Part shown: one piece after another, positions 61,193 through 64,000 of the stretch
Position numbering within the stretch: position 1 is the stretch's first letter
Layout: every line of letters starts with the position of its first letter
Source of the DNA: Setoptus koraiensis
Lineage: Eukaryota; Animalia; Arthropoda
NCBI GenBank assembly: GCA_048013815.1
Contig: CM106585.1
Location: 8,432,001 to 8,496,000, forward strand
DNA length: 64,000 nucleotides
Direction: 5' to 3'
Program-made: the position numbers and the translations under genes
The notes under the pieces: generated by a model
What the model was told of the DNA's origin: nothing
What the model saw: only the letters and a program-made list of their open reading frames with translations
The model's database searches: none

Positions 61193-61774
61193 ATGGACGT
61201 CGATTTCGAATTAGATGGCTTTGAGGATCTAGATTATGAAGACGAAGCCATTCAGCGTAAATATCGTCAACTTGGTTTTAAGCGTGGATATAGCCTTGGC
61301 GAAGAAACTGGGTGGAGGGAAGGTTACGCTTACGGAGTCAAGAAGGGTGCCACTATAGCAGCGGAAATTGGCTTTTATCAGGGCTTTGTCTATGCTTGGA
61401 TCAATCTATTAGAGAAAGAGGATACATGCAAACAGAAGAAAGTAACAGTTTTAAGAGATCTACTCAACATGACCAAAGAATTCCCAAAGACCAATGTCGG
61501 TTCCAACGAGGAAAAGCTCTCTCGTATAAGAGCCAAATTCAAGCAGATCAATTCTCTATTGAATCTTGATATAAGTGCAGAAAACTTTGACTTTACCGCC
61601 TCTGCTCCAGCTTCTTCTTCCAAACAAACAAATCAGTCTAACCTCTCAAACAGCCAGACTACCTCCTTTCCTAGCAACCAGAAAGGCAACTACAATCAAA
61701 AATCAGCATCTAGACAATCATTCAACCAAAGGCAAGCTCAACAATCCTCCAATATGCAAGAGATGTCTTTCTAA
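61193..61774 (+). CDS. LTO1: LTO1/ORAOV1 (Yae1_N family), Fe-S maturation factor of ABCE1, 193 aa; intronless
   Basis: GF..GY..G...G..EGY..G...GA..AAEIGFYQGFVYAW deca-GX3 motif, RIRAKFKQINSLLN, C-terminal MSF. Confidence 0.9.
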   Translation: MDVDFELDGFEDLDYEDEAIQRKYRQLGFKRGYSLGEETGWREGYAYGVKKGATIAAEIGFYQGFVYAWINLLEKEDTCKQKKVTVLRDLLNMTKEFPKTNVGSNEEKLSRIRAKFKQINSLLNLDISAENFDFTASAPASSSKQTNQSNLSNSQTTSFPSNQKGNYNQKSASRQSFNQRQAQQSSNMQEMSF

Positions 61775-62138
61775 ATACGTGCCATATCCTAGAAAAGCTA
61801 GTTATGAGCCAACTGTTAAGGCCAACAAAATCAATCAGTCATTATATGCATGAATATACATTGTATTTATGCATTCACCAGTATGTTTAAACATATTTCA
61901 GGCAGAGCCCGCATTGTTATATTAACGAGAAATCTAGGATCTAACTTTCAGGTTAGATAATACTAAATGGAGTTATCCAACATAATTGAGAAGATTGGTG
62001 GCCATGTCTGAATCAATTCAAAATGTATAGGTAAATAGTCTAAGTATTTACAACCTTTATTCAGCTATTGATTCTGATGAAAAACTGAGAAGATCAACTT
62101 GTAATAGATCAATAGCATGGAGTATGTTCAATCGTTTA

Positions 62139-63983
62139 TCATAAAACAGAATTTAATTGTATCCACACAGGGTACAATAAAGGACCAACAATAAACCCCC
62201 AGTTTCCAAACAGGAAGTACTCTTCCACTAAATTTGTTATAGATTCACTTACTTGGAATGTAGAGTGCTTAATATTCTCTACTAGTTGGCGTTCTGGGAA
62301 ATTGACGTAATTGAAAATTGTGACGCTCAACCACCCCAAGACTAAGGGATGAATCAACAGTAGAACTATCTTGTTAAGATTTCTAAGAAAGGGGTTTTTC
62401 CGCGGCGATACCAAAATAGCGATCGGTACAATTGATAATGATAAAAATAGTGCTAGTGATATGTTGATAAGGGAAAGAATAGTCAATACAAGAGCCAGAT
62501 TGAGTAATGCCGCCAGCAATCTGGGCGATGGAAGATCCGGATCTGATTGAGGTTGGCTCTTGTACAGTTGAGGAATTAGGAATGAAGTCATGATCAACGC
62601 AGCAGATATCACCTCTCCTAACGTGAATTCATGTCCTAATTGAATGATGTCGGCACAAGATATTATCAATGAGGGCAACATATATAGTAGGCAGGCAAGT
62701 ACCTGGGCCTTCGCGCAAGAAATCGCACCATCCCATAAATTAAACTCTGAACATGCGCTCCCATCTTTTGATTGATTTTCATTCAATCTGATGCCGTCTT
62801 GGTAAATTCTCAGACTCTTTAAAACGAGGGGTATAGTCATAAGACCGAATACTATCATGTAGTAGCCTATAGATACAAATCTTCTTAGACTTGGCAATAG
62901 GTAGAAATAGTAAGATCGATTGAAGCGTTCTATCAGATTGTTCAGACTCCTAAATATGCCCTCCAACAGCCGGCCAACGTTAAGAGTAGACGCGAGCAAG
63001 ACACTGTTTTTACTAGATCTCCTGAATTGTAAGCCCTCCAATGTCAATGACTGTATCGAATATTTCTGAAACAGTGCATGAGCACCATTGATTGTCATAG
63101 AGGCCTGCGTCTTCATCATGGACAAAACGCTCCGCAAGTGGCGATAATATAGTTCCTGTGTAGATAATGCAAATGGATGAGAATATCCATGGAATATCGG
63201 TGTGATTGATTCTCGCGCTGTCATTTCAACTACGAGGTTAAACAAGTCTAGATTTGGCAATTGACCGTTAAGTCCCTCAATTTTGATATTCAAGTGCTCT
63301 ATTTGTTTTCCATGCAACTCGAGATTGATTGCTGCTAGTATGGGTCCACTTCTATAATCCAACTGATCATATTGGATAGATGGAAATTTGTTGGTTGTTG
63401 TGTTGGTGTCATAGTTGACATTGTGATATGCATCAAGCCACGCCGATGTGCCATAGTTGTTGTGCTCAGTAAATAGGATTATTACATCCTTCGACCAATA
63501 GTTTCTGCTGACAAAATATTTTGCCAATGCCAGTATCAATGAGATGCCAGGTAGATTAGAGTATTGTGTGTCATGGTCGTATGTTGCACATAGTACTACA
63601 GCTTCCGATGTCTGGGCTCTTTCGGCCCTTATTATGGAATATAGATTTTGACCTCGTAACGCGAGAGGCTCGTCATTGAGTTTAGTTTTAAATTTTTGCC
63701 GATAAGTAAAATGTTGCTTGTAGGAGGCCAATCCAAAACTATTGAGCCTCTTGCTTAAATATTGAAATAGTAGCGGTGCAGTAGAGGATTTGTCTTTTTG
63801 TTGTCGGACAATTGAGTTAAGTTCCTCCAGGTAAATTTGAGCTTCATGATCGAATGAAAATTCCCTCTGAACTAATCCAGGCAACAATGAATTGTCAGAG
63901 AAATAGGTGTTCATACACATGAATTCTGATATTAGAACAAAGAATGCTCCCAATCCAATGAGGTATATTAGCAGGTATGTCAT
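62139..63983 (-). CDS. GPAA1: GPI transamidase subunit GPAA1; no intron within the window, start probably just outside it
   Basis: TYFSDNSLLPGLV, GQNLYSIIRAERAQTSEAVVL, YWSKDVIILF, GLNGQLPNLDLFNL, GAHALFQKYSIQSLTL, GRLLEGIFRSLNNLIERFNRSYYFYLLPS...FVSIGYY and multiple TMs. The frame stays open to the window edge (..SIIST-M). Confidence 0.96.
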   Translation of the reverse strand: MTYLLIYLIGLGAFFVLISEFMCMNTYFSDNSLLPGLVQREFSFDHEAQIYLEELNSIVRQQKDKSSTAPLLFQYLSKRLNSFGLASYKQHFTYRQKFKTKLNDEPLALRGQNLYSIIRAERAQTSEAVVLCATYDHDTQYSNLPGISLILALAKYFVSRNYWSKDVIILFTEHNNYGTSAWLDAYHNVNYDTNTTTNKFPSIQYDQLDYRSGPILAAINLELHGKQIEHLNIKIEGLNGQLPNLDLFNLVVEMTARESITPIFHGYSHPFALSTQELYYRHLRSVLSMMKTQASMTINGAHALFQKYSIQSLTLEGLQFRRSSKNSVLLASTLNVGRLLEGIFRSLNNLIERFNRSYYFYLLPSLRRFVSIGYYMIVFGLMTIPLVLKSLRIYQDGIRLNENQSKDGSACSEFNLWDGAISCAKAQVLACLLYMLPSLIISCADIIQLGHEFTLGEVISAALIMTSFLIPQLYKSQPQSDPDLPSPRLLAALLNLALVLTILSLINISLALFLSLSIVPIAILVSPRKNPFLRNLNKIVLLLIHPLVLGWLSVTIFNYVNFPERQLVENIKHSTFQVSESITNLVEEYFLFGNWGFIVGPLLYPVWIQLNSVL

Positions 63984-64000
63984 TGTGCTGATAATACTAC

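Overview
Eukaryotic, gene-dense and intron-poor window, most likely from an arthropod. The compact layout, the near-absence of introns and the N/Q/S/T/H-rich proteins fit an eriophyoid-type mite; this taxon call is inference. There are 15 supportable protein-coding genes. A hattifattener-like LRR transmembrane gene (0.7-7.5 kb) is followed by about 14 kb of non-coding DNA. Then comes a tight housekeeping block: HECW-type E3 ligase, ASNA1/GET3, VPS4, ZNF598, a BAG-domain protein, TMEM115, LYST, golgin-97, RER1, LTO1 and GPAA1. Three apparently lineage-specific minus-strand ORFs sit inside this block: a 907-aa secreted-type protein, an 80-aa His/Tyr/Gly-rich secreted peptide, and a 150-aa membrane protein resembling promethin/LDAF1. 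I could place seven coding introns by hand, all 89-115 nt. I recognised no rRNA, tRNA, known miRNA, transposase or CRISPR-like array. The most interesting items are the His/Tyr/Gly peptide and its orphan neighbours, remodelled conserved proteins (Haf apparently without FN3, a ZNF598 zinc finger split by a ~93-aa insert, TMEM115 with altered termini), a duplicated bidirectional poly(A) cassette, a mirrored motif in the LYST/golgin-97 promoter, and a perfect 15-bp hairpin. Homolog comparisons are from memory of the protein families; no database search was run.
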